A stretch of 64,000 nt of DNA from Clostridia bacterium (GCA_017450025.1 JAFSYJ010000038.1:24403-88402); one strand, 5' to 3'. Positions 26,850 to 36,655 are shown, numbered from the stretch's first letter. Translations and numbers: made by a program. Notes: a model not told the origin generated them from the sequence alone.

Positions 26850-27236
26850 ATGGCTTCTTACAGAAGTGGCAGAATAGATGAAGAAGTTAAAAGAGAGCTT
26901 GGCGCGGTCATACGGGAATTAAAAGACCCGCGTATTTCGGGCGTTGTGAGTGTTGTCGCCGTTAAGGTGACAAAGGATTTGAGCTTTGCTAAGGCATATA
27001 TCAGCGTTTTGGGAACTCCAAAACAGCAGAGCGACACAATGCTAGGTATAAACAGCGCCGCAGGCTTTATCAGAAAGGAAATCGGTCAGAGACTCAATTT
27101 GCGCCATACGCCGCAGTTTTTGTTCAAGGCGGATAATTCAATAGAACATGGCGCGCATATAAATAAACTTATAACAGATGTACTGTCTCAAGACGAAAAC
27201 CGCGGAGGAGCTGAAAATGCAGAACAGGATTTATAA
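26850..27236 (+). CDS. rbfA: ribosome-binding factor A
   Basis: RbfA-like sequence in the conserved position after infB. Confidence 0.9.
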   Translation: MASYRSGRIDEEVKRELGAVIRELKDPRISGVVSVVAVKVTKDLSFAKAYISVLGTPKQQSDTMLGINSAAGFIRKEIGQRLNLRHTPQFLFKADNSIEHGAHINKLITDVLSQDENRGGAENAEQDL

Positions 27237-28179
27237 TGTATTTAAAGAAGCGCATAAGATTGCGCTTCTTCCGCATGAGAACATAGACGGCGACGCTCTT
27301 GCGTCGTGCCTCGCACTTAAAAATTTTATAACGGCGGTCGGAGGAGATGCAACGGTGATCGCCGAAGGAGACATTCCTTCAAACCTCAAATTCCTCGGAG
27401 ATGATTATGTTCTTTACGACAAAGATATCAGTCTCCCCGTGTTCGATGTTGCCGTTGCGGTTGACTGTGGAAGTACAGACCGCTTTGAAAACAGGGCGCA
27501 TATATATAACGGTGCAAAGACCAAAATCGTAATTGACCATCACGAAACGAACCACGGCTTCGGAGACCTTTATATCGTTTCGCCCGAAAGCGCGGCGACC
27601 TGTGAAATAATTTACACATTTTTTGAAAATTTTGATGTTCCCGTTTCGGAGGAAACGGCAAAATTTCTTTACACGGGAATTGTTACCGACACGGGTGGAT
27701 TTCGCTTCTCAAATACGACTTTAAAAACCTTTGAAATCGCGTCAAATCTTATAAAAACGGGCATAAATTTCAGTAAAATCTGCTCAAATGTGTTTGAATC
27801 CAAGCGCATCCAGCAGCTAAAAATAGAGGCGGCGGCGATAGCAAATGTTGAATTTTATCATTCGGGCAGAACCGTGATAACTCATGTAACGCAGGAAATG
27901 ATAGACAAAACAGGCGCAACAGACGGCGATATGAATAACATCTCGTCGATTTTGAGAAGCATAGAGGGGGTAAGCGCTGCAGCGTCGCTCAAGGACAAAA
28001 ACGGCGTTATAAAAATTTCGATGCGCTCCGACGAAAGCGTGAATGTTGCTGAAATTTGCGGGCTTTTCGGAGGCGGTGGACACGCGCGCGCGGCAGGCGC
28101 TACAAGCAATTTGACCGCGGAACAAATAAAAGAAAAAATTATTCCCGAAATAGGAGACTCATATGAACGGAATAGTTAA
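27217..28179 (+). CDS. nrnA: DHH/DHHA1 phosphoesterase (NrnA-like bifunctional oligoribonuclease and pAp phosphatase)
   Basis: DHH motifs (HENIDGDALAS, DHHETN) and a GGGH C-terminal motif; start at MQNRIYN with a GGAG RBS. Confidence 0.8.
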   Translation: MQNRIYNVFKEAHKIALLPHENIDGDALASCLALKNFITAVGGDATVIAEGDIPSNLKFLGDDYVLYDKDISLPVFDVAVAVDCGSTDRFENRAHIYNGAKTKIVIDHHETNHGFGDLYIVSPESAATCEIIYTFFENFDVPVSEETAKFLYTGIVTDTGGFRFSNTTLKTFEIASNLIKTGINFSKICSNVFESKRIQQLKIEAAAIANVEFYHSGRTVITHVTQEMIDKTGATDGDMNNISSILRSIEGVSAAASLKDKNGVIKISMRSDESVNVAEICGLFGGGGHARAAGATSNLTAEQIKEKIIPEIGDSYERNS

Positions 28180-29017
28180 TGCGTATAAGCCAAAAGGCGT
28201 TTCGAGCCACGATGTGATATACAAGGTCAGGCGCGCTTTGAATACGCGCAAAGTCGGTCACACAGGCACTCTTGACCCGCTTGCCGAAGGTGTTTTGCCC
28301 ATATGCGTCGGCAAGGCGACAAAGATCGTGGAATACATTATGGCGGCGGAAAAGGAGTATTTGTGCACCATAAATTTTGGCGCGGAAACAGATACTCAGG
28401 ATATTACGGGAAGCGTTACGGCATCGAGCGAAAAGCGGATCACACGCGTGGAATTTGAAGAAACGCTGACATTGTTTGTCGGAAGCATAAAGCAGATACC
28501 GCCGATGTATTCGGCAGTCCACCACAATGGCGAAAGGCTTTATAAGCTTGCGCGGCAAGGGATAGAGGTTGAACGGCAGCCGCGTGAAATTACTGTTTTC
28601 GGGATTGACATTATAAAATACGAAAAAGACTGCGCCGACATACTCGTAAGATGCTCCAAGGGTACATATATCCGCACGCTTTGCGAGGATATTGGCAGAA
28701 AAACAGGCACTTTGGCATATATGAGTGCGCTCAAAAGAACGCGGAGCGGTGTGTTTACGCTTGAAAACTGTATCCCGATTGAGGAAATTTCGGAGGACAA
28801 GCTTATTCCTATTGACGCAATGTTTGAGAACTGTGAAAAGGTTGTTTTAAATCCGACGGAAAAAGCGCGCGTTTTAAACGGAGTTCCCGTGCGCCGCAAA
28901 TGCGAATTGGGTGTAAAATACCGCGTGTATGATGAAGACGGAAATCTGCTTTGTCTGTCAGAAGGAGCGCAAGACGGCAATTGGCAAATTTTGAAGATGT
29001 TAAAAAGTTTTTATTGA
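28163..29017 (+). CDS. truB: tRNA pseudouridine-55 synthase
   Basis: GHTGTLDPLAEGVLPICVG catalytic motif. Confidence 0.95.
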   Translation: MNGIVNAYKPKGVSSHDVIYKVRRALNTRKVGHTGTLDPLAEGVLPICVGKATKIVEYIMAAEKEYLCTINFGAETDTQDITGSVTASSEKRITRVEFEETLTLFVGSIKQIPPMYSAVHHNGERLYKLARQGIEVERQPREITVFGIDIIKYEKDCADILVRCSKGTYIRTLCEDIGRKTGTLAYMSALKRTRSGVFTLENCIPIEEISEDKLIPIDAMFENCEKVVLNPTEKARVLNGVPVRRKCELGVKYRVYDEDGNLLCLSEGAQDGNWQILKMLKSFY

Positions 29018-29020
29018 AAG

Positions 29021-29914
29021 TTGAAAAATATGGATAATCACAATACTGCGATTGCACTCGGCAATTTTGACGGAGTACATATTGCTCACAAAAAAATAAT
29101 AGAAAATGCAGTCGTGTGCGCGGAAAAAAGCGGACTTAAAAGTCTTGCTTATATGTTTGAAACACATCCGCAATTTGTGCTTGGTGACAAGAACTTTAAA
29201 ACAATAACGGACAATACGCGTAAGAGCGAGATAATTAAAGGGCTTGGCGCAGATACAATATATTATGAGAAAACAACGGCTGATATACTGTCTATGACGC
29301 CTGAGAATTTCGCGAGGGATATTTTGTCGTGCAGGTTTGGCGCAAAATATGTTTCGGTCGGTTATAATTACCGCTTTGGCAAAGGCGGAGAGGGTGACGC
29401 GAAAGCTCTTGAAAAACTTGGAAGAAAGTACGGCTTTGAGGTAATAATCACAGACAGGATAACTAAAGACGGGCAGGATATTTCAAGCAGTCTTTTGAGG
29501 AAATATATTGCAAACGGGGAAGTCGATGCGGCAAATAACCTGATGTGTAAGCCATATGCTGTCTGCGGAGTTGTTTCAGGAGGGAAGCATCTCGGAACAA
29601 GCTGGGGCATTGCAACCGCGAATGTTGAGATACCTGATATGCTTTTGACGCCGAAGCGCGGAGTTTATCTTACAAAAACTTTAATAGACGGAAAACAGTA
29701 TAAGAGCGTTACAAATATCGGCACAAATCCCACTGTGGAACACGCAAAACCGCGCAGTGAAACGCATATTATAGACTTTAACGGAGATTTGTACGGTAAA
29801 TATATAGAGATAACTTTTTGTGAAATGATACGGCCGGAGATAAAATTTGATTCGGTTGACGGACTGATATGCCAGATAAGAAAAGACATCGAATATGTAA
29901 AAAAGACGATTTGA
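29021..29914 (+). CDS. ribF: bifunctional riboflavin kinase / FMN adenylyltransferase
   Basis: N-terminal GNFDGVHIAH FAD-synthetase motif and a C-terminal riboflavin kinase domain. Confidence 0.95.
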   Translation: MKNMDNHNTAIALGNFDGVHIAHKKIIENAVVCAEKSGLKSLAYMFETHPQFVLGDKNFKTITDNTRKSEIIKGLGADTIYYEKTTADILSMTPENFARDILSCRFGAKYVSVGYNYRFGKGGEGDAKALEKLGRKYGFEVIITDRITKDGQDISSSLLRKYIANGEVDAANNLMCKPYAVCGVVSGGKHLGTSWGIATANVEIPDMLLTPKRGVYLTKTLIDGKQYKSVTNIGTNPTVEHAKPRSETHIIDFNGDLYGKYIEITFCEMIRPEIKFDSVDGLICQIRKDIEYVKKTI

Positions 29915-30009
29915 GACCTGACGGCTCAGAAGAATAAATAAAGTACAAGCCGCATAATATTTAACAAAACGGCTTGCTTATAATTTAAAAATAAAAAGGA
30001 GTTCGGGTA

Positions 30010-30996
30010 ATGCTAAAAAGGTGCGTTCTTAAAATTGCGACTGTGGCATTTATGGTGGCGTTTCTTTTACCTTTATACGCAGAGGCGGCAGTCGTATATA
30101 AGGAAGGGTCTGAAATAACCTTTCATAATGCTTCGCCGTGGTACATAAAAGACGATGTCTGGATAAACGGAAAGCACTATGCGGAAAGAACAGGTGATGT
30201 TTTATATATTTCGCTTGAGGACTTCGGAGGCGCGTTCAGATGCTATACATTCTTTAATCCCGACGAAAATTCTGTTTTTGTCAGTTTTGCGGACAAGACT
30301 ATATGGCAGGGCGTTGGAGTTACGGACCTTTATATAGACAATGTGGCTTACGAAAATCCCGCACCGTATATTTCGGAAGAATCGGGTGAGGTTATGATTC
30401 CACTTGAACCGTATGCTTCTGTTATCGGATACAAAGGGGAGTTTGAGGTAAAAGAGGATTATCCGCCCGGACAAATGACATTAAAACGCGAAAAGACACC
30501 TTATACCCTGACAAGCCTTGAGGTTAATAAGGCGGCGCAGCTCGTAACGGTTTACGGAAAAGATCCGTCAGGCAATATTGAGCCTGTAAGGTATATGCTT
30601 TGCAGTACGGGAGTTAATAATTCCACACCGAGTGGGACATTCAGAGTTTCACCGCTCGGAGGAGAGTGGTATTTCTTTTCAAAATTCAAGTGTTATGTGC
30701 TCTATGCATCTCAGATTGTGGGAGATGTATGCTTCCACAGTATTCCGCATAACGGATATTCATTTGCTTCAATGAGTGCGGCGGGATATTCGGTTCTCGG
30801 AAGTCCCGCATCGCATGGCTGTATAAGACTTTTGGCGGAGGACTCAAAGTTTATTCACCAAAATTGCAGAGGACTCAGCGTTGTTATTACAAACGGATAT
30901 ACAAATGAAACTACAAACAGCATAAGGGCGCAGCTTTTGGCATCAAAGCCTTCATATAGTGAATATATTTCCAAAATGCAGTCAGGCAACTATTAA
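30010..30996 (+). CDS. secreted L,D-transpeptidase-domain protein with an N-terminal domain of unknown type
   Basis: Signal peptide; C-terminal YkuD motif SHGCIRL. Confidence 0.75.
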   Translation: MLKRCVLKIATVAFMVAFLLPLYAEAAVVYKEGSEITFHNASPWYIKDDVWINGKHYAERTGDVLYISLEDFGGAFRCYTFFNPDENSVFVSFADKTIWQGVGVTDLYIDNVAYENPAPYISEESGEVMIPLEPYASVIGYKGEFEVKEDYPPGQMTLKREKTPYTLTSLEVNKAAQLVTVYGKDPSGNIEPVRYMLCSTGVNNSTPSGTFRVSPLGGEWYFFSKFKCYVLYASQIVGDVCFHSIPHNGYSFASMSAAGYSVLGSPASHGCIRLLAEDSKFIHQNCRGLSVVITNGYTNETTNSIRAQLLASKPSYSEYISKMQSGNY

Positions 30997-31042
30997 AAAG
31001 AGCGGTTATCCTTGTTTAAGGACAACCGCTTTTCTGCTTTTT
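30996..31042. terminator. bidirectional terminator shared by the Ldt gene (+) and rubredoxin (-)
   Basis: AGCGGTTATCCTT gttta AGGACAACCGCT with T-runs on both sides. Confidence 0.6.
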
Positions 31043-31197
31043 TATTCAGCTTCAAAAGCATCTTTGCCAAGACCGCATACAGGGCATACCCAATCTTCGG
31101 GGATATCCTCAAAAGCAGTACCGGGAGCAATTCCGCCGTCGGGATCGCCTACTGCCGGGTCATAAACATAGCCGCAGGGACAAGCATATTTTTTCAT
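31042..31197 (-). CDS. rubredoxin (51 aa); below the 60-aa cutoff of the ORF track
   Basis: Reverse-strand translation [51 protein letters not shown] with the two rubredoxin CxxCG knuckles; GGAGG RBS 8 nt upstream. Confidence 0.9.
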   Translation of the reverse strand: MKKYACPCGYVYDPAVGDPDGGIAPGTAFEDIPEDWVCPVCGLGKDAFEAE

Positions 31198-31227
31198 TTT
31201 ATAATCCTCCTTTTTATTTATATTGTA

Positions 31228-31256
31228 ATTTTATCACAAAATTTTGAAAATAGCAA
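31228..31256 (-). promoter_or_regulatory. promoter for rubredoxin
   Basis: Minus strand TTGCTA - 17 nt - TAAAAT. Confidence 0.4.
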
Positions 31257-31300
31257 GAAGTATATAATATCGCGCAATTTATTGTATTTTTTCATAATCC

Positions 31301-31329
31301 TTGACTTGAAGGCAGTTTTTTTATATAAT
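31301..31329 (+). promoter_or_regulatory. promoter for the SPFH-ZnR-TPM operon
   Basis: TTGACT - 17 nt - TATAAT. Confidence 0.5.
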
Positions 31330-31379
31330 AAATACATAAAGTAATTACCGATAAATTAAATATAAAGGAGTGTTTATTT

Positions 31380-32621
31380 ATGGGACTTATTAAGGCAGGA
31401 ATAGGTGCTTTGGGAGGCACTTTGGCAGACCAGTGGAAAGAGTTTTTCTACTGTGACGCTATGGATAAGGACACTTTGGTTGTAAAAGGACAAAAAAGAA
31501 TAGGCGGTCGTTCATCAAATACAAAAGGGAACGACAATATAATTTCAAACGGTTCGGGCATTGCCGTTGCCGACGGTCAATGTATGATAATTGTGGAACA
31601 GGGTAAGGTCGTTGAAGTTTGCGCCGAGCCAGGTGAGTTCACATATGACGCATCGACCGAGCCGAGTATTTTTACGGGAAATCTCGGTCAGAGCATAAAA
31701 GAAACCTTTAAAGTTATAGGAAAAAGATTTACATACGGCGGCGACACGGGAAAGGATCAGAGAATTTATTATTTTAACACAAAAGAGCTTATTGATAATA
31801 AATTCGGTACGCCGAATCCGATTCCGTTCCGCGTTGTTGATTCATCTATCGGGCTTGACCTTGATGTTTCGATTCGCTGCTCGGGCGTATATTCGTACAA
31901 AATTGCAGACCCGCTATTGTTCTACACCAATGTAAGCGGTAATGTTGAACAGGAATACCGCCGTGACGAAATAGAGGATCAGCTTAAAACAGAATTTATA
32001 AGTGCACTGCAGCCTGCTTTTGGAAAGCTTTCGGATTTGCAGCTCCGTCCTAACCAGATCGTGACACACAATGCAGACCTTGAAGCCGCTATGAACGAGG
32101 CACTTTCGGCTAAATGGGGCGAGCTGCGCGGACTTAAGGTGGTTTCGGTTGCCCTCGGCTCTGTAACATTGCCTGATGAGGACGCTGAGATGATCAAAAA
32201 GCTTCAGCGCAACGCGGCTCTTCGCAATCCGAATATGGCGGCAGCTACAATAGTCGGCGCTCAGGCGGAGGCTATGCAGACGGCTGCGGCAAACGAAAAC
32301 GGAGCTATGACAGGCTTTATGGGAATGGGAATGGCTATGAACGCAGGCGGCGCAAACGCAGGAAATCTGTTTGCTATGGGACAGCAGGCACAGCCTCAGC
32401 AGCCTGCACAGCCGGCAGCTGCTCCTGCTGCAAACGGCTGGAAATGCGTGTGCGGAGCTGAAAATCAAGGCAATTTCTGCACAAACTGCGGCGCAAAGAG
32501 ACCGGCAGACGCGCCACTTTACCGTTGTGACAAATGCGGCTGGAGACCGCAGGACCCGAAAAATCCGCCGAAATTCTGTCCTGATTGCGGTGACCCGTTT
32601 GACGATAACGATAAAGAATGA
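31380..32621 (+). CDS. SPFH/band-7 domain protein with C-terminal zinc ribbons (B. subtilis YdjI-like; often annotated virion-core-protein-like)
   Basis: N-terminal MGLIKAGIGALGG...; SPFH core; Ala/Gln/Pro-rich linker; C-terminal CxCG..CxxCG and CDKCG..CPDCG zinc ribbons. Confidence 0.75.
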   Translation: MGLIKAGIGALGGTLADQWKEFFYCDAMDKDTLVVKGQKRIGGRSSNTKGNDNIISNGSGIAVADGQCMIIVEQGKVVEVCAEPGEFTYDASTEPSIFTGNLGQSIKETFKVIGKRFTYGGDTGKDQRIYYFNTKELIDNKFGTPNPIPFRVVDSSIGLDLDVSIRCSGVYSYKIADPLLFYTNVSGNVEQEYRRDEIEDQLKTEFISALQPAFGKLSDLQLRPNQIVTHNADLEAAMNEALSAKWGELRGLKVVSVALGSVTLPDEDAEMIKKLQRNAALRNPNMAAATIVGAQAEAMQTAAANENGAMTGFMGMGMAMNAGGANAGNLFAMGQQAQPQQPAQPAAAPAANGWKCVCGAENQGNFCTNCGAKRPADAPLYRCDKCGWRPQDPKNPPKFCPDCGDPFDDNDKE

Positions 32622-32641
32622 TTTTAAAGGAGTGAACGCAT

Positions 32642-33727
32642 TTGGCAGAACTGCTTGAATATAAATGTCCGTGCTGCGGAGGGGCTATTTCGTTTGACAG
32701 CTCAATACAAAAAATGAAATGTCCGTACTGCGACACCGAATTTGAAATGGAAACGCTCAAAGCGTATGATTCTGTTTTAAATCAGGATAAGCAGGACAAT
32801 CTTAATTGGGAAACAAACGCCGGCAGCAAGTGGGGGCAGGACGAAGAAAGCGAAATATGTGAATTTGTTTGCAACTCGTGCGGCGGAACAATTGTCGGCG
32901 ACAAAAACACAGCCGCAACGGAATGTCCGTTTTGCGGAAACGCAGTTGTTGTCTCCGGCAATGTGAGCGGAACTCTCAAGCCTGACATTGTAATACCGTT
33001 TAAGCTTGACAAAAACGCGGCAAAAGAAGCTTTTGCAAATCACTTAAAGGGTAAACGGCTTTTGCCGAAGGTATTTAAAAGCGACAATCATATTGACGAG
33101 ATAAAAGGCGTATATGTTCCTTTTTGGCTATTTGACGCAGATGCAGACGCAAATATAAGATACCGTGCGACGCGCGTTTCTGCGTGGAGCGACAGCAAAT
33201 ACAACTATACAAAGACGAGCTTTTTTTCTGTAATACGCGAGGGCAGCCTGTCGTTTGACGCGGTGCCTGTTGACGGGTCTTCAAAGATGGCTGACGATTT
33301 GATGGAATCTGTCGAACCTTTTGATTTATCTGACGCTGTTGACTTTCAGACGGCGTATCTTGCGGGATATTTTGCAGACAAGTATGATGTTACGGCAGAG
33401 CAAAGCATTGGCCGTGCAAACAGCCGCATCAAAGAAGCCAGCGAGACGGCATTCGCAAACACCGTAGAGGGTTATGCTACCGTGACGCCGGAATATACAA
33501 GCGTAAGCCTTAAAAACAGCAGGGCAAGCTACGCGCTGTATCCCGTGTGGCTCCTTAACACAACATGGAAAGGCAACAGGTACACTTTTGCAATGAACGG
33601 TCAGACGGGCAAATTTGTAGGAAATCTGCCTATGGACAAGGGCGCGTTCTGGCGTTGGTTTATGCTTGTTGCAGTTATAGGCACCGCAGCTTTTTACAGC
33701 GTGGCGTGGCTTTTAAATTTATTATAG
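32642..33727 (+). CDS. zinc-ribbon membrane protein (YdjG-like)
   Basis: Three CxxC pairs in the N-terminal 110 aa; C-terminal TM helix. Confidence 0.6.
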   Translation: MAELLEYKCPCCGGAISFDSSIQKMKCPYCDTEFEMETLKAYDSVLNQDKQDNLNWETNAGSKWGQDEESEICEFVCNSCGGTIVGDKNTAATECPFCGNAVVVSGNVSGTLKPDIVIPFKLDKNAAKEAFANHLKGKRLLPKVFKSDNHIDEIKGVYVPFWLFDADADANIRYRATRVSAWSDSKYNYTKTSFFSVIREGSLSFDAVPVDGSSKMADDLMESVEPFDLSDAVDFQTAYLAGYFADKYDVTAEQSIGRANSRIKEASETAFANTVEGYATVTPEYTSVSLKNSRASYALYPVWLLNTTWKGNRYTFAMNGQTGKFVGNLPMDKGAFWRWFMLVAVIGTAAFYSVAWLLNLL

Positions 33728-33738
33728 GAGGGCAAAAA

Positions 33739-34935
33739 ATGAAAAAGTTAATTTTAGCATTTCTCTGCGTCTCCTTAATAATAGTGCTTTTTATACCTGC
33801 TGCGGTGGGAGCCGTATATGACGGTAATTACATACTTGAAAACAACGGCAGCCTGACTGACGGGGAAGTTGCAGAGCTTAACGCCAAAGCGGCGGAAATA
33901 TATAATTCGACAGGCTTTAATGTGTGCTTTTTGTTAACGGATGATACTGGCGATGACTATGTTTATGATTATATCGAAAAGAAATACAAAGCTGCTGCAG
34001 GCGAAGAAAACGGCATAGCGATCGGAATCGATACCGAAAAGCAAAAAGGCAGCTTTTACTGTTCGGGCAAAGCTGATACGATAATTACGGAGGACAGGGA
34101 AGAAACTCTCTGGAATCTGGTAAACGGCGACGATACATGGTATAACTGCATAGCCGCGTATATAGACACCGCAGGGGGAATCTTTAAAAGCGAAGTCACT
34201 GAAGCAGAGGGAGATGCAGATGCTGCCGGCATCTCAAGACTTGTCGATGAGGCTGATTTACTGACTGCCGACGAGGAAAGTATGCTCACACAAAAGCTTG
34301 ACGAAACAAGTGAGCGGCTCGGCTGTGATATTGTTGTTGTAACAACAAATACGCTTGTCGGAAAATCCCCGATGGAATATGCAGACGACTATTACGACTA
34401 CCACGGATATTCGCAAGACGGTGCGCTCCTGCTTATCAGTATGGAGGACAGAGATTGGTATATCTCGACAAGTGGTGAATGTATCACGGCAATAACAGAC
34501 GCCGGACTTGATTATATGTCAGAACGCTTTTTAAACGATTTATCAAACGGCAAATACTATAAAGCGTTTAATATTTTCGCAGATTCCTGTGAGGAATTTA
34601 TTATACAGGCAAGAAAAGGAAATCCCTACGACATAGGTAATATCCCAAAAAACAAAACACTTGACGAAAAGTGGATCGTGTATGCGCTTGTATTCGGCAT
34701 TGTAGCCGCGATTATCGTTACGGGATCAATGAAGTCAAAGCTGAAATCGGTATATTACCGTTCCGCGGCAAACTATGTAAAAAGCGATTCGCTTAAACTG
34801 ACAAAATACGATGATATTTTCCTTTACTCACACATCGACCGTACGGAAAGGGAAAGTGAACGAAGCTCCGGCGGAAGCAGCACGCATACTTCGTCTTCCG
34901 GTTCAACGCACGGCGGCGGAGGAGGAAAGTTCTGA
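33739..34935 (+). CDS. TPM-domain membrane protein (YdjH/YgcG-like)
   Basis: Signal/TM sequence, TPM (TLP18.3/Psb32/MOLO-1) domain, second TM, Gly/Ser-rich C-terminal tail ...GGGGGKF; GGAGGG RBS. Confidence 0.75.
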   Translation: MKKLILAFLCVSLIIVLFIPAAVGAVYDGNYILENNGSLTDGEVAELNAKAAEIYNSTGFNVCFLLTDDTGDDYVYDYIEKKYKAAAGEENGIAIGIDTEKQKGSFYCSGKADTIITEDREETLWNLVNGDDTWYNCIAAYIDTAGGIFKSEVTEAEGDADAAGISRLVDEADLLTADEESMLTQKLDETSERLGCDIVVVTTNTLVGKSPMEYADDYYDYHGYSQDGALLLISMEDRDWYISTSGECITAITDAGLDYMSERFLNDLSNGKYYKAFNIFADSCEEFIIQARKGNPYDIGNIPKNKTLDEKWIVYALVFGIVAAIIVTGSMKSKLKSVYYRSAANYVKSDSLKLTKYDDIFLYSHIDRTERESERSSGGSSTHTSSSGSTHGGGGGKF

Positions 34936-35075
34936 TAAAAAACAAATTTGTATTTAAAAATCACTTAAATATGATTAAACAAACTCCTGAAACATTGTTT
35001 TGGGAGTTTGTTTGTATCAGAAAATTACAGTAAAACATTTTTTTAATAAAATTTTTAAAAATCCATTTTTCGGTC

Positions 35076-35104
35076 TTGACAATTTTTGTCGTATTGTGTA
35101 TAAT
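35076..35104 (+). promoter_or_regulatory. promoter for the riboswitch-BMP transporter operon
   Basis: TTGACA - 17 nt - TATAAT. Confidence 0.55.
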
Positions 35105-35124
35105 ACTAACATAATAGGGGATAT

Positions 35125-35200
35125 TTTTTGCTGATATAGGTTCGAGTAGATGGTTCGAATGTTTCTACCGTGACACCGTACAGTCACGACTATTGGCTTT
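35125..35200 (+). promoter_or_regulatory. purine (guanine-type) riboswitch aptamer
   Basis: P1 CUGAUA/UAUUGG; J1-2 UAUA; P2 UUCGA/UCGAA with loop GUAGAUGGU; J2-3 AUGUUUCUACC (the conserved UUUCUACC); P3 GUGAC/GUCAC with loop ACCGUACA; J3-1 ACUA with C at the specificity position. U-rich expression platform follows. Confidence 0.65.
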
Positions 35201-35300
35201 TTGTGGATACCTATATTTGCAAAGGCTTTTTTACAAAGTCTTTTTTTCTTTTTCTGAATGTAAAATTTTTTACATAAAAAAATTTTTGGAGGTACAAAAA

Positions 35301-36542
35301 ATGAAAAAACTTATTGCAGTACTTATCGCAGCAGCTTTGATGTTCACTTTGGCAGCTTGCGGAAACAAAACAGACGAATCTGCCGGCGGCGCAGACAATG
35401 CTGACGGCGCAACCATTAAGGTTGGTCTCGTATGTATAGGCGATGAAAACGACCAGGGTTATACATACAATTTTGTTCGCGCAACAGAAACAGCTAAAGA
35501 GGAACTTGCAAAAGACGGTATCAATGTTGAATGGATTATCAAGTATAATCTTATCGAAGGCGAGCCTGTTAAGGTTGCTAACGAAGAACTTGCAGAAGAA
35601 GGCTGTGCAATCGTATTTAACAACTCTTACGGTCAGGAACCTGCTATGCTTGAGGTTGCTCCGAACTATCCCGATGTTCAGTTTGTAGGTCTTACAAATG
35701 AAGGAAGCTGGAAAGATGATTTAGAAAACACTCATAATGCTTTTGCACGCATACACGAAGGTCGTTATGTTGCCGGCGTTGTTGCAGGTATGAAGCTTCA
35801 GGAAATGATTGACAACGGCGACATCAAAGAAGACGAAGCTATCATAGGTTATGTTGGTGCTTACTCATTTGCAGAAGTTGTTTCCGGCTATACTGCTTAC
35901 TTCCTCGGTGCACGCTCGGTTTGCCCGTCTGTAACAATGAAGGTTCAATTCGTTGGTTCTTGGTCTGATGCTACTCTCGAAGCTAATGCCGCTCAGGCTC
36001 TTATCGATGAAGGCTGCGTTATGATTTCTCAGCACTCTGACAACACAACTCCTGCTACAACAGCTGAAAAAGCCGGCGTATTCCACACAGGATACAATGC
36101 TGATATGATTTCTGCTGCTCCTGCTGCATCAATTATCTCTACACGCATTGACTGGACAAACTACTTTGTATATGCTATAAAGGCCGTTGCTAACGGTGAA
36201 AAGTTTGATCAGGACTATAGCCACGGTATTGCAGAAGGCGAAGTTGTTTTGACAGAGCTTAATGAAAAAATAGCTGCTAAAGGTACTGCTGATAAAATAA
36301 AAGAAGTTATGGATCAAATCGCTAATGGTGAAATCAAAATATTTGATACATCTAAATTCACGGTTGAAGGCAAAGAGGTTACAACATGCTTCGCTATTGA
36401 TGTAGACGGTGACTTTACACCTGACGAGGGCGAGGCTATCTGGGATGGAGAGTTCCACGAGAGCGCTGTTCCGGATCTTATGTCCGCACCGTACTTTAAC
36501 CTTTCTATTGACGGCATCACAAGACTTAACGAAGCATTTTAA
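35301..36542 (+). CDS. BMP-family (Med/PnrA-like) nucleoside ABC transporter substrate-binding lipoprotein
   Basis: Lipobox LAAC; BMP/PnrA-like sequence; AGGAGG RBS. Confidence 0.9.
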   Translation: MKKLIAVLIAAALMFTLAACGNKTDESAGGADNADGATIKVGLVCIGDENDQGYTYNFVRATETAKEELAKDGINVEWIIKYNLIEGEPVKVANEELAEEGCAIVFNNSYGQEPAMLEVAPNYPDVQFVGLTNEGSWKDDLENTHNAFARIHEGRYVAGVVAGMKLQEMIDNGDIKEDEAIIGYVGAYSFAEVVSGYTAYFLGARSVCPSVTMKVQFVGSWSDATLEANAAQALIDEGCVMISQHSDNTTPATTAEKAGVFHTGYNADMISAAPAASIISTRIDWTNYFVYAIKAVANGEKFDQDYSHGIAEGEVVLTELNEKIAAKGTADKIKEVMDQIANGEIKIFDTSKFTVEGKEVTTCFAIDVDGDFTPDEGEAIWDGEFHESAVPDLMSAPYFNLSIDGITRLNEAF

Positions 36543-36558
36543 TAAAAATTAAATTTAC

Positions 36559-36592
36559 GGGAGCTGTCCGCGCGGATAGCTCCTGTATTTTC
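36559..36592 (+). terminator. intra-operon attenuator/terminator hairpin after the binding-protein gene
   Basis: GGGAGCT gtccgcgcggat AGCTCC with only a weak U-tract. Confidence 0.35.
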
Positions 36593-36655
36593 ACAAAAAA
36601 GCCCGTTGCGGCTATTTTATGAAAGTACATTACACAAGAGAAAGGAAGATGCTTT

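Noticed and set aside
31012-31344. 110-aa plus-strand ORF from the ORF track
   Set aside because: Low-complexity translation with no RBS; the same DNA encodes a convincing rubredoxin on the minus strand.
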